A program made the translations under genes and the position numbers. From Octopus vulgaris (Eukaryota), in contig OX597834.1 in NCBI GenBank assembly GCA_951406725.2, forward strand, positions 15,872,001 through 15,936,000: a stretch of DNA of 64,000 nucleotides, given 5' to 3'. Below are positions 24,779-39,234 of the stretch, in pieces (the stretch's first letter is position 1; each line of letters starts with the position of its first letter). Below the pieces are notes generated by a model that saw only the letters and a program-made list of their open reading frames with translations, was not told the origin of the DNA and searched no databases.

Positions 24779-24852
24779 GTATCCATCCAATAGTCATTAC
24801 TATGAGCACTTCTACAACACCCGTACTACTAGTAAATACCGTAACCATCTAT

Positions 24853-25059
24853 TTTACTCTTTTACTTATTTCAGTCATTTGACTGCGGCCATGCTGGAGC
24901 ACCGCCTTTAGTCGAGCAAATCAACCCCGGGACTTATTCTTTGTAAGCCTAGTACTTATTCTATCGGTCTCTTTTGCTGAACCGCTAAGTGACAGGGACG
25001 TAAACACACACCAGCATCGGTTGTCAAGCAATGCTAGGGGGACAAACACAGACACACAA

Positions 25060-25115
<56 letters not shown>

Positions 25116-25276
25116 GACGGGCTTCTTTCAGTTTCCGTTTACCAAATCCACTCACAAGGCTTTGGTCAACCCGAGGCTATAATAGAAGACACTTGCCCAA
25201 GGTGTCACGCAGTGGGACTGAACCCGGAACCATGTGGTTGGTAAGCAAGCTACTTACCACACAGCCACTCCTGCGA
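24853..25276 (-). mobile_element. CORE-type SINE, tail-to-tail with the previous copy
   Basis: Reverse complement of 24387-24778. Confidence 0.85.
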
Positions 25277-25342
25277 CTATACTTGCAACTACTTGTGAAT
25301 ATCTATGAATGTGAGATTATAGTTGTATGAATGCGTGTAATT

Positions 25343-25645
25343 GTATATAGCAATGCGTATGTGTGTATATAAATCTACATATATATATGTGTGTGTGTAT
25401 AGGTATGTGTGTATGCATATATATGTGTGTGTGTGTGTATATATATATGTATGTTATATAGCAATGTGTATGTGTGTATATAAATCTACATATATATGTG
25501 TGTGTATAGGTATGTGTGTATGCATATATATGTGTGTGTGTGTATATATATGTATGTATGTAATATAGCAATGTGTATGTGTGTATATAAATCTATATAT
25601 ATGTGTGTGTGTGTGTATAGGTATGTGTGTATGTATATATATATA

Positions 25646-25676
<31 letters not shown>

Positions 25677-25778
25677 GTATGTTGTATAGCAATGTGTATG
25701 TGTGTATATAAATCTACATATGTGTGTGTGTGTGTGTATAGGTATGTGTGTATGCATATATATATATATATATGCATA

Positions 25779-25800
<22 letters not shown>
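25343..25800. repeat. Minisatellite of about 110-120 bp built from TA/TG microsatellite (4 units)
   Basis: Marker tatagcaatg..ataaatcta..tataggtatg recurs at about 25346, 25457, 25564 and 25685. Confidence 0.85.
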
Positions 25801-25810
<10 letters not shown>

Positions 25811-26900
25811 CGTGCATACATACATTAACATACATATATATATACACACACACACGTGTGTGTGTGTATATGTGTGTGCATTTCATGCAATATGTCTGTA
25901 TGTGTGTGATGGATGTACCTACCTACCAATATATTTGTAGGTTGTTGTATAAATGTGTAAATAACAGTGTTATGTGTCTCAGAATGTGTACAGTAGTGTG
26001 TATATAGCACCGAATGCATATCATGGTGTGTGTATATGACTCTGAGTACATGGTTTTCTGCAGAACTTCAAGTGTGTGTGTGTAGGGGTACCGTGTATTG
26101 TCAAGTGTATATACATGGTAAATGCATAGTTGTACACTGTATTGTCTTTGAATATATAATAGTGTATAATACATGAATATGTGTGTGTGTAGTGTGTATA
26201 GTTTAAGTATCTGTCAGAAAGCAAAGTATGAGAAACAGCGAAAGAGGAGATCACAATATTTTTTGGCAACTTCCCAGCTTGGTTGGCACCAAACCAGAAG
26301 ACTGTTAACAAGAGATAAAGGAATAACGCACGCACACAACTATATCGATACAATACTAATATACAATACTAATATACTGAGAGACTAACAAATATACACA
26401 CTGACAACATGAAATATCATAAGCCCCCACCCTCCACACACACACACACACACACACAAGTGTACCAATATATGATATGCAATACTAACTCAAACTCCAA
26501 CACGCACACACTCACATACACAAAAACAGTTTCACACACACACATACACAAACAGTATCTCACACACACACACACACACACATACACACACACTCTCAAA
26601 CAAAAGCACACGCATCATACACAAGTGTATACATACGTAAACATACTAACATAAAGGTGTACACATGGTAAGATTATCTGTGCAATTAGTTGGCAAAACC
26701 TCCCTCTAGGAATATTTAGAATCTAAAAACTGCAAAGAAGGTAGATATCTCCAATAAGGTTAACCAACCAAAATTTTTTGAAAATTAAAAACAGATACTC
26801 ATTTGAAAGGGAGCTGGCTCTTAAAACCAACAGATTTGTTTACACCTTATTAAACCGCCTCAGCGAAATATTTTATTCACTTGGTAAGAGAAAGACAGAT

Positions 26901-27251
26901 AGGCACAGGAGTGGCTGTGTGGTAAGTAGCTTGCTAACCAGCCACATGGTTCCAGGTTCAGTCCCACTGCGTGGCACCTTAGGGCAAGTGTCTTCTGCTA
27001 TAGCCTCGTATATATGTATATATATATATATATATGTGTGTGTGTATGTTTGTGTGTCTGTGTTTGGCCCCCTAGCATTGCTTGACAACCGATGCTGGTG
27101 TGTTTATGTCCCCGTCACTTAGCGGTTCGGCAAAAGAGACCGATATAATAAATACTGGGCTTACAAGGAATAAGTCCCGGGGTCGATTTGCTTGACTAAA
27201 GGCGGTGCTCCAGCATGGCCGCAGTCAAATGACTGAAACAAGTAAAAGAGT
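26901..27251 (+). mobile_element. CORE-type SINE copy
   Basis: Head ggcacaggagtggctgtgtggtaag; tail gactgaaacaagtaaaagag. Confidence 0.85.
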
Positions 27252-27432
27252 AGAAGGGAAACAATGTAGTGATGCTGGTTATGAAAATCAACTATTTAGC
27301 TAAGGAGGAAGTACATCAGGAGAGTTTGTGCATACTAAATACAAATATGATAGGGGGGCTTGTGTATGTAATATAAGGGAGTTGAAAGACTCAAGCATTC
27401 ATGTACACACAAATACATTATCACAACCATTA

Positions 27433-28032
27433 AAGCGGCGAACTGGCAGAGACGTTAGCATGCCAGGCGAAATGCTTTGCGGTATTTCGCCTGCCGCTAC
27501 GTTTTGAGTTCAAATTCCACCGAGGTCGACTTTGCCTTTCATCCTTTTGGGGTTGATTAAATAAGTACCAGTTATACTCTGGGGTCGATGTAATCGACTT
27601 AATCCGTTTGTCGGTCCTTGTTTGTCCCCTCTATGTTTAGCCCCTTGTGGGTAGTAAAGAAATAGGTATTTCGTCTGCCGCTACGTTCTGAGTTCAAATT
27701 CCACCGAGGTCGACTTTGCCTTTCATCCTTTTGGGGTTGATTGAATAAGTACCAGTTATGCTCTGGGGTCGATGTAATCGACTTAATACCTATGTCTGTC
27801 CTTGTTTGTCCCCTCTATGTTTAGCCCCTTGTGGGTAATAAAGAAATAGGTATTTCGCCTGCCGCTATGCTCTGAGTTCAAATTCCACGGAGGCTGACTT
27901 TGCCTTTCATCCTTTCGGGGTTGATTAAATAAGTACCAGTTACACACTGGGGTCAATATAATCGACTCAATCCGTTTGTCTGTCCTTGTTTGTCCCCTCT
28001 GTCTGTAGCCCCTTGTGGGCAGTAAAGAAATA
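27433..28032 (+). mobile_element. Nin/Deu-like SINE tandem trimer
   Basis: Three units with junction aagaaata|ggtatttcg; flanked by acaaa(t/c)acattatcacaacc at 27409-27428 and 28033-28052. Confidence 0.9.
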
Positions 28033-29152
28033 ACAAACACATTATCACAACCTGTGCTTACTCACATGGGACATCAATACAAACACACTAACACAAACTG
28101 AGCGAACACAAAACACATATAAACATATATATAGACAGACAGACAGATATAAGCCCTTTTGTTGTTAGCATCATGTATTTGCAAGCCCCTGTTGTTAGTT
28201 AACGTCAGACAAACAGACAGACAGGTAACTCAACATCAGAAAGTATCACTAAAACACAATCTGTTCTCTGCAATAATTCACCCCACTAAAAAATATTATC
28301 CTTCAAATTACACCCTGCCATCTTGGAAAGATGGGCATATTGAATATTGTGACCCCAGATATTATGACAGTTTTTTTCATGTTTGAAAACCATTGATAGG
28401 GTCTCAAGAAGTGACTATGTAAACGAGTTCTTGATGCTGATGGCCTTTTCTTCCTGCCTGTGCTTAGTAGTTTCAAAAGTGAGGACCAGGCCTCACAATC
28501 TGACCCCACTCTTTAGGCTTAGCGAACTGCATTCAGTCATGAAGCTCTGGTATGGAAGCTCCTGGGTTTCATGGTACGGAACCACTTCTGAGCTATTATT
28601 GTTTTCAGGTCTACTTTCACACAGATTAGTAACACCTGCCAATGTCCCCACTATGGGTTAGCTAGCATTCTATAGAAGAAACTCTAAGCACAAACCCTCA
28701 CTGCTTTGTGGAGTTCCTTGAAAAAAGAAAAAGCCGACAGACTCAACCTTAACAGCAAATCAAAGAGTGGAGTCCTCTAGGTAGTCCAGTGTCATCTTTG
28801 ACACCCCTGCATCAATTCCAGGGTTGGTGGAGCTCTCCAGCCCTAGGAAAAGGCCACTCTAATGTAAAACCTACAGCTCGCTGGTCAGTACAGCCAACTC
28901 CCTATCATTATAAACCACGTGGGGTTTTTTTATATCATGGGTCAGTTCTCTCAGGATTATTCTGGGGCCAAACAACAATGAGCAATTCATTGCTCACAGT
29001 TCAAACACAACCATACAAGTAAAACACATAGAAATGAAAATGAACACATACAGAACACTACACCAAGACAAATGTGTTCAGACTTAAACACATTAACACT
29101 GAGACACTTAAACTGACTGTCCATAACAGAGTAACACAACCACCACCAAACA

Positions 29153-29385
29153 TACCTATTTCTTTACCACCCACAAGGGGCTAAACACAGAGAGAACAAA
29201 CAAGGACAGACAAACGGATTAAGTCGATAATATCGACCCCAGTACGTAACTGGTACTTATTTAATCGACCCCGAAAGGATGAAAGGCAAAGTTGACCTCG
29301 GCAGAATTTGAACTCAGAACGTAACGGCAGACGAAATACCGCTAAGCATTTCGCCCAGCATGCTAACGATTCTGCCAGCTCGCCA
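29153..29385 (-). mobile_element. Nin/Deu-like SINE monomer (others at 31494-31724, 34931-35152, 50683-50912)
   Basis: Full head plus one unit. Confidence 0.85.
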
Positions 29386-29819
29386 CCAAACAGACCGACA
29401 TGATGACACCAAAACAAATCTAAAGAGGAGTCCTTTTTGTGGTTGCTCAACCTGTGAAGTTAGTTACCTTCTCGAATCATGCCAACTTCATAGGGGCCGG
29501 TTTCTCAATTTCCATGACATATAGATTCCCCACCTGGATGGGACCCTGGTCCATCACAGGATTACTAATCTTTGCCAGCTTAGGGGACTGGAGCAACGTG
29601 GAATGAAGTGTCTTGCTCAAGAACAAAATGCATCACCCCATCTAGGCATTGAAACCACAATCTTACAATCATGAGTCCAATACTTTAGTTAATAAGCCAC
29701 ATACTTCCACAGTTGCTCAACCTGCTGGACATAGCAACCAAATCTCTCAGTGCAAAATTAGAAAATGAAACATCTATTTGTTCAATCTTCCAAATAACCT
29801 GCCAGTAGTCCGACCCCAT

Positions 29820-30152
29820 ATCTTTATCTTTATCTAGTTTCAGCTCACGAGCTGTGGCCATGCTGGGGCACCGCCATTTGGTGTTGCTACATGATTTTAC
29901 TTCACGAATGCTTTTTAGCAATTGCCATTTGGTGCATGAGAGAGTTCGATGCAGCTGCCCTCATCTGCACCTCCTGCCGTGAAGTTGGTTCATCTGGGAC
30001 ACCTGACAGGAAGAGATCCAGTTTTATTTTAGAGACATCTGCATCTACCCCATGCAGGTCTCTCAGGTTCTTCGGGAGGATATTGAAGAGCTGTGGGCCT
30101 CTGGAGCTCAGGCTATCACAGTATCTTGTCCTACATCTTGATGGCAAATTTG
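29820..30152 (-). mobile_element. 5'-truncated copy of the CR1/L2-group LINE 3' end
   Basis: Near-identical to the reverse complement of 15375-15690. Confidence 0.9.
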
Positions 30153-32535
30153 CAGGTTTTTTTTACCTCATTTTTAAAAAAAAAAACACTTTTTCACACA
30201 TGATAAGGATGAGAGAAATTCTTAATGCAAGCACCATGAAGATTACATAATCCACTAATCTTGAACATTGTACAATTTATTGCTTCTTCTGGGTATATTT
30301 AACCTTGCAAAAACTTAACAGCAAGATCACACATTCGAAGACACATTAGACAATTTATTCCTAGATACACAGTGTCTGAATAAAAGACAATATGGTCAGC
30401 CTTTGATGAGATGTTTGCTAAGCCGGAGCCAATTTGGGATAAACTAACGCAAACACACGATAATATTAACGCAAACAAACAAAGACAAACTCTAACGAAC
30501 TAATATCTTTGAATAAATACACACAATGTAAGCAACTAAATCCTCTGTCAGTTCTGATGACAAGTAGATCTAGTTATCCAATCAATTTACTAATTGAATT
30601 ACAGTGTAATTGGCTGAGTACATCACAGTCAGTCACAAAACCAGTATGACGCAATGTGTGTGTAATAAAGTTGGGAGGAGGGGGCCCCTTTAAATTACAG
30701 ATAGAGGTCTGTACCAGATAGCCCTCCACAAGTTTCCGTTCACATCTAGTGCCTGTGATTGCTTCCAGGCCGTGACCCCATGCTAGTTGGTAGCCTGGGG
30801 GTCCAGAAAAAAAGCACCAGTAACGCCACATGCTGCAGTGTGATATGCTATCATCTTGTCTTTTGCTGTAACAACTGCAGTGAGAGTCTGCTGGGGCGGG
30901 GGGGGGGGTCACTGCTCAAACTCCTGGATACAATAATGTGAAACCATGATATGGAATTAGAGTTAAACAATGACAACAACAGCATGAACAACATAATATT
31001 TAGTCATCTTGTTGAATATGTAAGCTTCGATAACAAAAGAAGTTGCTATGCCCCCCCACCCACCAAGGGGCCTTGTATAATCATATATTTTAGAACCTGT
31101 ACAGTTGTGAATTCAATGAAAGGACCCTCTAGACCAGTGACCCTCAACCATTTTTTTACCTATGGACCCCTTTGATTCCAATTTTACTCAGGTGGACCCT
31201 GGTATCACGTAAAAATACTCAGCACACTCTAAAGTGGTTTGGAAGCCCCTTGTTGTTGGTTATCAATTTTTGTTATCGCTATTTGCCAGCCCCTTATCTG
31301 GTTTTTGGTGTCACTAAATATTTGTCGACCCCTTATTTTTGTTATTGTTGTTACTTTATAGTGGCAAGCTTCTTCTTATTATTATTGTAGACATGCCACC
31401 ATCGGTTGTCAAGCAATGGTGAGGGAGACAAACATACACATACACAAACACACACATATATATGTATATATAAACGAAAGACTTCTTCGGTTTCTTATTT
31501 CTTTATTACCCACAAGAGGCTAAACACAGAGGGGACAAACAAGGACAGACAAACGGATTAAGTCGATTACATCGACCCCAGTGCGTAACTGGTACTTAAT
31601 TTATCGACCCCGAAAGGATGAAAGACAAATCGACCTCGGCGGAATTTGAACTCAGAACGTAACGGCAGACAAAATACAGCTAAGCATTTCGCCTGGCATG
31701 CTAACGTTTCTGCCAGCTCACCGCTTTCTTTCAGTTTCTGTCTACCAAATCCAACCACAAGGCTTCGGTCAGCCCGAGGCTATAGTAGAAGACATTTGCC
31801 CAAGGTGCCTCACAGTGGATCTGAACCTGGAACCATGTGGTTGATAAGTAAGCTACTTACCACACAGCCACTCCTATTTGTGTATATTTCTTTGTTATTT
31901 CTAAAATTAATTAAAACAATGTTGGTACATTCCAACAGAAATATGGAAACGAAAGGATTTAATGATTAATAAGAGTGAATACCCATTGTTGAAAGAGACA
32001 GAGAGCCTTTCACTTATGTACGGGGTGCGTATTGTGTGGCTGGGGGGGGGGTACGCATGTCAGAGAAGGTTAGTGTTGTGTAAAGAATGCGGATGTGCTT
32101 GTTTGTTTTGATAAGGTGTGCACGTGAAATGCACACAGATGCACACATGGCCAAAAAAGGAATTCTGGGATTGTACTGATATTAAGTGGCAATTTGCAAC
32201 AGCTTGTTCCCAAAACAATAACAAAGAGGGAGAAACAAATTAAGATGAACACAGAGTGGGGGGGTGTCGAGAGGGGGAGAATTGGGGGTAATAACGCCGT
32301 TTAGAAGGAATTTGCAAATATGTAGTGACAATAATAATAATAATAATAACAAGAAGAAGCTTGCCAATATAAAAGTAACAACAATAACAAAAATAAAGGG
32401 TCGGCAAATATTTAGTGACAACAAAAACAAGATAAGGGGCTGGCCAATAGCGATAACAAAAATGAATAACCAACAACAAGGGGCTTGCAAATACATGATG
32501 CTAACCACAAAAGGGCTCATATATATATATATATG

Positions 32536-32604
<69 letters not shown>

Positions 32605-32618
32605 ATATATATATATAT

Positions 32619-32662
<44 letters not shown>

Positions 32663-32722
32663 GGGTATATATATGTGTATATATATATATATATGTATGT
32701 GTATATATATGTATGTGTATAT

Positions 32723-32766
<44 letters not shown>

Positions 32767-35524
32767 CAAGAATGTACATACATACAAGGAAGAGTTTGCA
32801 GATATACATAACAACAACAACAACAACTATAATAACAAACTTCAATATCGACAACACATTTGCAAATATACGACGACAACAACGAAAGAGGAAAGCAAGG
32901 CAAAAACAACAGAAAACAATAAACTGGCAAAAAGAAACAACAACAACTACAATGTGGAGGAAAGGTGGAGGAGGAGGAAGAAGCAAAACATGGAGGGGTT
33001 GAAGGAGGAGGCGGAGGGGTTCTGTTATTGCAGTTTTATATCGAGAGATAGGTTGTTTTTTTTTTCTTTGTTTTTTTTTTTATTCTCAAGACTTGTTTCT
33101 GACATCTCCTTCCATTACATAAGAATTTAATACCAAGTAAAAAGCCCAGCACACGAGTGTTTCTACAGGGTGTCTCAGTGTGTTTGTGTGTGTGTGCTTG
33201 TGTGTGTGTGTGTGTGTGTGTGTGTATAGACACACACAAATATCGATAAAATATAGACATACAAAATACACATGTTATTTGTACAAAAGTATCTAAAGTG
33301 CTTGATACATATATAGCAAGGGTGAAATTGAGTAAAGCAACCATTATTATACACACACACATATATATATATATACATATATACACACATCTGCATTTGT
33401 GTGTGTGTATACATACATATATATATGTGTGTGTGTTTGTTGATATATGTGTGTGTTGATATATGTGTGTGTGTGTTTGTTGATATATACGTGTGTGTGT
33501 GTGTGTGTACATATGTGTGTATATGATCTTTTTACTCAGGTTTCCTCAGGTTCTGCACTTCTGTAAATAAACAACTGTAGTCTTGAATCTTGAAATCCGT
33601 CAAACAGAAAGCAACACCACCACCATCACCATCACCACTGCCTGAACGGCCTGCCCTCATCTGCTTCCGCCTCTCCTTCCCTGCCAACACACCCCTCCCT
33701 GCTACCACCACCACCACCGCCACCAACAGCAACACTGCCACGTCCCCGGGAACTGTTATGTTAGTTGATTCTGGTCCATGAATGCACCGAACGGGATGGA
33801 GAAACAAGAAGCGCAACAGCATCATACTACCACATCTGACGTTAACCTTCGACATCCGACCTCCAACCGACCTCCGACCTTGCCACCCACCAAATACTTA
33901 AAGCCAGCGGCACGAAAATAGAATGGAAATAATTCGACAGACCTGTGAAGTGCAGCACTTCTTATTGGCCGATACACAAGTATAGACAACAACAACATAA
34001 ATACAAAAGAACCCGCCCACCCCCCACCTCTCTCTCTCTATGCAGTAACTTGACCTACTAAAAATAGCTGTGGCCAAAAAAAAAAAAAAACAGAAAGAAA
34101 AGGAAAAACAAAGATCTCTTTCCAATCACACCTCAAAGTCTCAGAACAAGAAGGTTAAATGCGGTCCTAGATACAGTATGTCTGGAAAAAACCCAGATGG
34201 AATGGCCTCAGCTTCGATGTCTTTGATCACAGATCTCTGTTTGATCAGTGTTAACCTAAGACTCTAAAATGACACCAACAACAACAATAATAAATTAGTG
34301 TTTATTTAAACCAGTAAACAGATTTGCTAGAAGCTGCAGCCAAACCGACAGCATTTCTCATCCACTTCCCATCCCAGCGCAGGATGGGCAGTTTGACAAA
34401 AGATCCAACAGGTTGCAGAGTTGTATCGGGGCCCCGTTGTTAGTTCTGACATGGTTTCCATGGCTGGATAGCCTTCCTAATGCCAGCAGCTTTACATAGT
34501 GTGGGGTGGTTAGTCCGCATTACTCCATATCGGGGAGGGGACACAGGGCTGGTTTCCTGGGTGCTCTGGCATAGAGATATTCCTCCCTGGACAGGACGCC
34601 AATCCATCACAGAATTACTTGCTTTTATCTGCTGAGTGGATTGGTACAATATGAAATGAAGTGTCTTGCTCAAGAACACAACACATTGCACAGTTCAGGA
34701 ATTGAAACCACAACCTTATAATCACGGGCCCAGCCAATCACTAAGCTATACACCTCTACATTTACAGAGTGTACTGGAAGCTTTGTTTTTTTTTTCTTTT
34801 GGCAAGACATGGAAAAGGGAAAACAAAAACCCTCAAATGAATGGGAGTGTATCTGGGAGGGCGGAGGTGGTTTTGTGTCAGGCATCGAAGGCTAAAGTAT
34901 GTTAGAGGACAAGCACAGATGTCTACCTAAGGTGGCGAGCTGGCAGAAACGTTAGCACCCTGGGTGAAATGCTTAGTGGTATTTCATCTGCCGCTACGAG
35001 CTGAGTTCAAATTCCGCTGGGGTCGACATCCTTTCGGGGTCGATTAAATAAGTACCAGTTATGCACTGGGGTCGATATAATCGACTTAATCCATTTGTCT
35101 GTCCTTGTTTGTCCTCTTTGTGTTTAGCCCCTTGTAGGTAGTAAAGAAATAGATGTATACCTATAGAGGAGATAGATAGCTTCCTTGCATTGTACAAGGG
35201 TGGATGAGAGTAGCTGGAAGGCAGATAAAGGTAATAGTGACTGGGTGCCAGAGCATACTCCCAAGGTACAAGAAGGTGAATAAATCTTCCTAAAATTACA
35301 ATTTTGCCATCTTGGAAAAAGACAAAAAAAGAGACATTTGTTGATGTAGTTCTTGAGATGTCAGTCTGACAAAAGAAATGGAATTGCTGGGTAAAAAGGC
35401 TTTTTTTAATTGTTGACCATGTCTGCTCTTTGACCAAAGTTGCCTTTCTGTTTATGGACAACCAGAGCTAATGATTACTTCAATTTTAACTTGGTGATAC
35501 TGGGAAGGGTTCAGTATCACATGG

Positions 35525-35825
35525 AGGCACATGGCCTAATGGTTAGAGTGGCGGGCTTGCGGTCGGGGGATTGTGAGTTCGGATCTCAGACTGGGCGACG
35601 TGTGTGTTTATGAGCGAAACACCTAAGCTCCATGCAGCTCCGGCAGAAGGTACTGGCAGACTTCTGCTGACTCCTTCGCCACAACTTTCTCTCACTCTTT
35701 CCTCCTGCATCTTGCAGCTCACCTGCGACGGACCGGCGTCCCGTCCAGGTGGGGAACCTATATACCACAGAAACCGGGAAACCGGCCCTTATGAGCCAGG
35801 CATGGCTCGAGAAGGAACAAACAAA
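35525..35825 (+). mobile_element. tRNA-derived SINE with V-domain-like segment
   Basis: Head ggcacatggcctaatggttagagtggcggg; segment gacggaccggcgtcccgtccaggtgggg; (AAC)-rich tail. Confidence 0.65.
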
Positions 35826-36411
35826 ACAAATGTAAGGGTTCAGGTGTGGGCACAGCTGTATGGCAACAAGTCTGCTTCACAACCATACAGTTCCAGGTTC
35901 AGTTCCACTGCTTGGCACTTTGGGCAAGTGTGTTCTACTATAACTCCAGACTGGCCAAAACCTTGCGAGTGGATTTAATACAGGGAAACTAAAAGAAGCC
36001 CATTGTATACAAGCATATGCGTGTATGTGGGGGGGGGTGCATGTTACTCTCTCCTTGATTAGGTATTATATGATAGCTGTGACTGAGGGCCAACATCAAA
36101 CAAGTGGTGTCTATCGTTTCCAATTTTCCATGAAAACAGGTAAGGTTTGGTGAAAGGAAAGGCATCCAGCCATAGAGAACCCACCTCAAGAAATTACACC
36201 TGACTCATAGAGGCATAGAAAAGTAGATGTTAGAATAATGATGAAAGCAAAATGTAATCTGAAAATATAAGCCTTGAATGGAATTATTCATTGTAGTGGA
36301 TATAGTTAGTTTACAGAAGAACTAAGGACAGCAGACCCTGTTTGAATACAAGGGAAATCACTAAGGACCAAATAAGAAAATTCCACAGCATCTAATCTGA
36401 GATTTGTTTAA

Positions 36412-36615
36412 CCCTTAAGCGTTTAAACCAGCCCAAATATTCTACATGTTTTATATTCAAACTGGCGATATCTAGCCTCTCACACCTAACCTACATTGAT
36501 ATTCTAAAAACAAACTATCACATCATTGAAACCTCAAAGACAATGCAGAATTAATTAAAAACAATTTGAATAAAAAAAATATTACATTTAACAGAATAAT
36601 CTGAACACTAAAGGG
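36412..36615. mobile_element. Probable piggyBac-type MITE
   Basis: TTAA|CCCTTAAGCGTT ... AACACTAAAGGG|TCAA: imperfect TIRs starting CCCT with a TTAA-like TSD; related fragment near 53420. Confidence 0.45.
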
Positions 36616-37718
36616 TCAAATATTACAAAAGCAAAGTCTGAAGGAAATACTAGCCATTTTTCATAATTTCTTTAGAGTAAGCAAATAGGAAATAAGTGTT
36701 GCTACCCAGGGACAAAATCTATGTTACACAGTGTAATGTGTCTGCAGGATCAAGGTTGACCTGGGGTTAAACAATATAAAGAAGTAAAAAGGACTAGGAC
36801 TACCAAGTTATTAAACCTGCTAGAAATAGCAACCAAATCTTTACAAAATCTCACCCTACAGATTTCAGAAAAGGGTTTGGCCTACAAATACATATTATTG
36901 ATGTGTGGCTGAGCAAAGTTTCTGTGGACGAAAGTATAGGTGAACCAAAGGCCAGAGGAGAAGATATTTTCACAGTGCTGGGCAGTGGTATTGAACTCGG
37001 CATCACATAGTTACAAAGCAAACTCATTAAACCATGCCTACCTTTTACTCGTTTCGGTCATTGGACTATGGCTATGCTGGAGCACCAACTCAAAGGGTTT
37101 AATTGAATACATTGACTGTGGACCATGCTGGAGTACCACCTTGAAGGTTTTAGTGAAATATATCAACACCAATATTTTGTCTTTTTTTTTTTATCTTTTA
37201 CTTGTTTCAAGCATCAAACTGGCCATCCTGGAGCACTGCCTTGAAGAATTTTAGAAAAATTTCACCCTAGTTCTTCTTATTTTTTGGTAAAGCCTGGTAC
37301 TTATTATTATCGGTTCTCTTTTTGCTGAACTGCTAATTTACAAGGGTGGTGGTGGTGGTGGTGGTGGTGGACAAACACTGACAGAAAGACACACACACAC
37401 GACAGGCTTCTTTCAGTTTTCATTTAACAAACCCACTCACAAGGTTTTGGTCAGCCCAAGGCTATAATGGACAAGACTTGCTCAAAGTGCCATGCAGTGG
37501 GATTAAACTCAGAACGATGTGGTTAGGAAGCACCTTTAACCACACAGCTACTCCTGCACTTATATTATATATAAAAGGACTCCATCTAGTGAGAGATAAA
37601 TATAAATTTAAATACACCACTGAAAGAGCTACCAATAGTTTCATGCTTTTACGATGCTTGAGCAGGCATCTGAAAGCAATCTTTCAGACTCTGTTTATAC
37701 GTTACTTTTACTTACTTT

Positions 37719-38077
37719 TACTTTTTACTTGTTTCAGTCATGTGACTGTGGCCATGCTGGAGCACTGCCTTTAATCGAGCAACTCGACCCCGGGACTTAT
37801 TCTTTGTAAGCCCAGTACTTATTCTATCGGTCTGTTTTGCCGAACCGCTAAGTGACAGGGACATAAACACACCAGCATCGGTTGTCAAGCAATGCTAGGG
37901 GGACAAACACAAACACACACACACACACATATATATATATACATATACACGATGGGCTTCTTTCAGTTTCCGTCTACCAAATCCACTCACAAGGCATTGG
38001 TCGGCCCGGGGCTATAATAGAAGACACTTGCCCAAGGTGCCACGCAGTGGGACTGAACCCGGAACCATGTGGTTGGT
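37719..38077 (-). mobile_element. CORE-type SINE copy (others at about 38852-39447 +, 42633-42905 -, 44630-45030 +)
   Basis: Matches the family consensus. Confidence 0.8.
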
Positions 38078-39174
38078 GGACAGTAAGAAAATAAGAAACA
38101 ATGTGGGAAAAAATGTGAAGAAGGTTGGTGCAAATACATATACATATGACGGGCTTCCACACAGTTTCCATCAACCAAATTGTCTCAGAGGGCATTGGTC
38201 AGCCTGAGGCTATGCTAGAAAAAAACTTGTCAAACGTGCCATGCAGTAGGACTGAACCCAAAGCAAGGCTATAAGGCTGCTGCAAAGCAAGCCTCTTAAA
38301 CCGCACAGCCACGCTTGCATCCAATACACATTTGCATTTTGTACGCAACTGCATTTAGACACATTTTCAATTACCAGTCTATACATTCACAAAGACTCAT
38401 ATAGTACCTCTTAAAATTACTTCAATCCTTAGAGGCTAACACACACACACACACACTCACATGTGCCTAGTTTCACTTTCACTTTACAATGACACTTAAT
38501 GGAGCCAGTTATTATTCAGCTTCCATTAGCTCTGCATTTTATGTATTACGGAGTCAAACACATGGGATGTGCATTTAATTGTTTTACACTCAGTATAAAC
38601 ATTGCACTTGAAAGGCAGTGCTTATTATACCTGTCCAATACTTAAATTGTAGCCATTTGATTGAGTTACACACTGAATTCCATGCGTTGTTAAATTAGCA
38701 TTTTCATAATGAAATAGGAATAATTCACTTTTGATATTTGTTTCGTAATTAAGATAATAAATATTTATGGTTTTTGTGTGGGTACCGTTTTCTCTACCTT
38801 GGCTAACATAAACGGCAGGTTTTTGATACATCTGTATGTGTGTACATATACAGGCGCAGGCATGGCTGTTTGCTAAGCAGGTTGCTACTCAAACGCATGG
38901 TTCTGGGTTCAGTTCCACAGCATGGCACCTTGAGCAAGTGTCTTCTACTATAGCCTCAGGCCAACAAAAGCCTGATTTGTGGATTTGGTAGATGGAAACT
39001 GAAAGAAGCCTGTATATATATATATATATATACTTCCCAACCACATGGTTCTGAGTTCAGTCCCGTTGCATGGCACTTTGGGCAAGTGTCTTCTACTCTA
39101 GTCTTGGGTCAACCAAAGCCTTGTGAGTAGATTTGGTAGACGGAAACTGAAAGAAGCCCATCATACATATGTAT

Positions 39175-39234
<60 letters not shown>

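Noticed and set aside
28290-29000. Possible old LINE 5' region
   Set aside because: The resemblance is only impressionistic; no translatable diagnostic motif was found.
33536-33588. Minus-strand candidate exon IQDYSCLFTEVQNLRKP as the middle TAK1 exon
   Set aside because: Weak splice sites; 40249-40304 matches TAK1 much better and fits the phases exactly.
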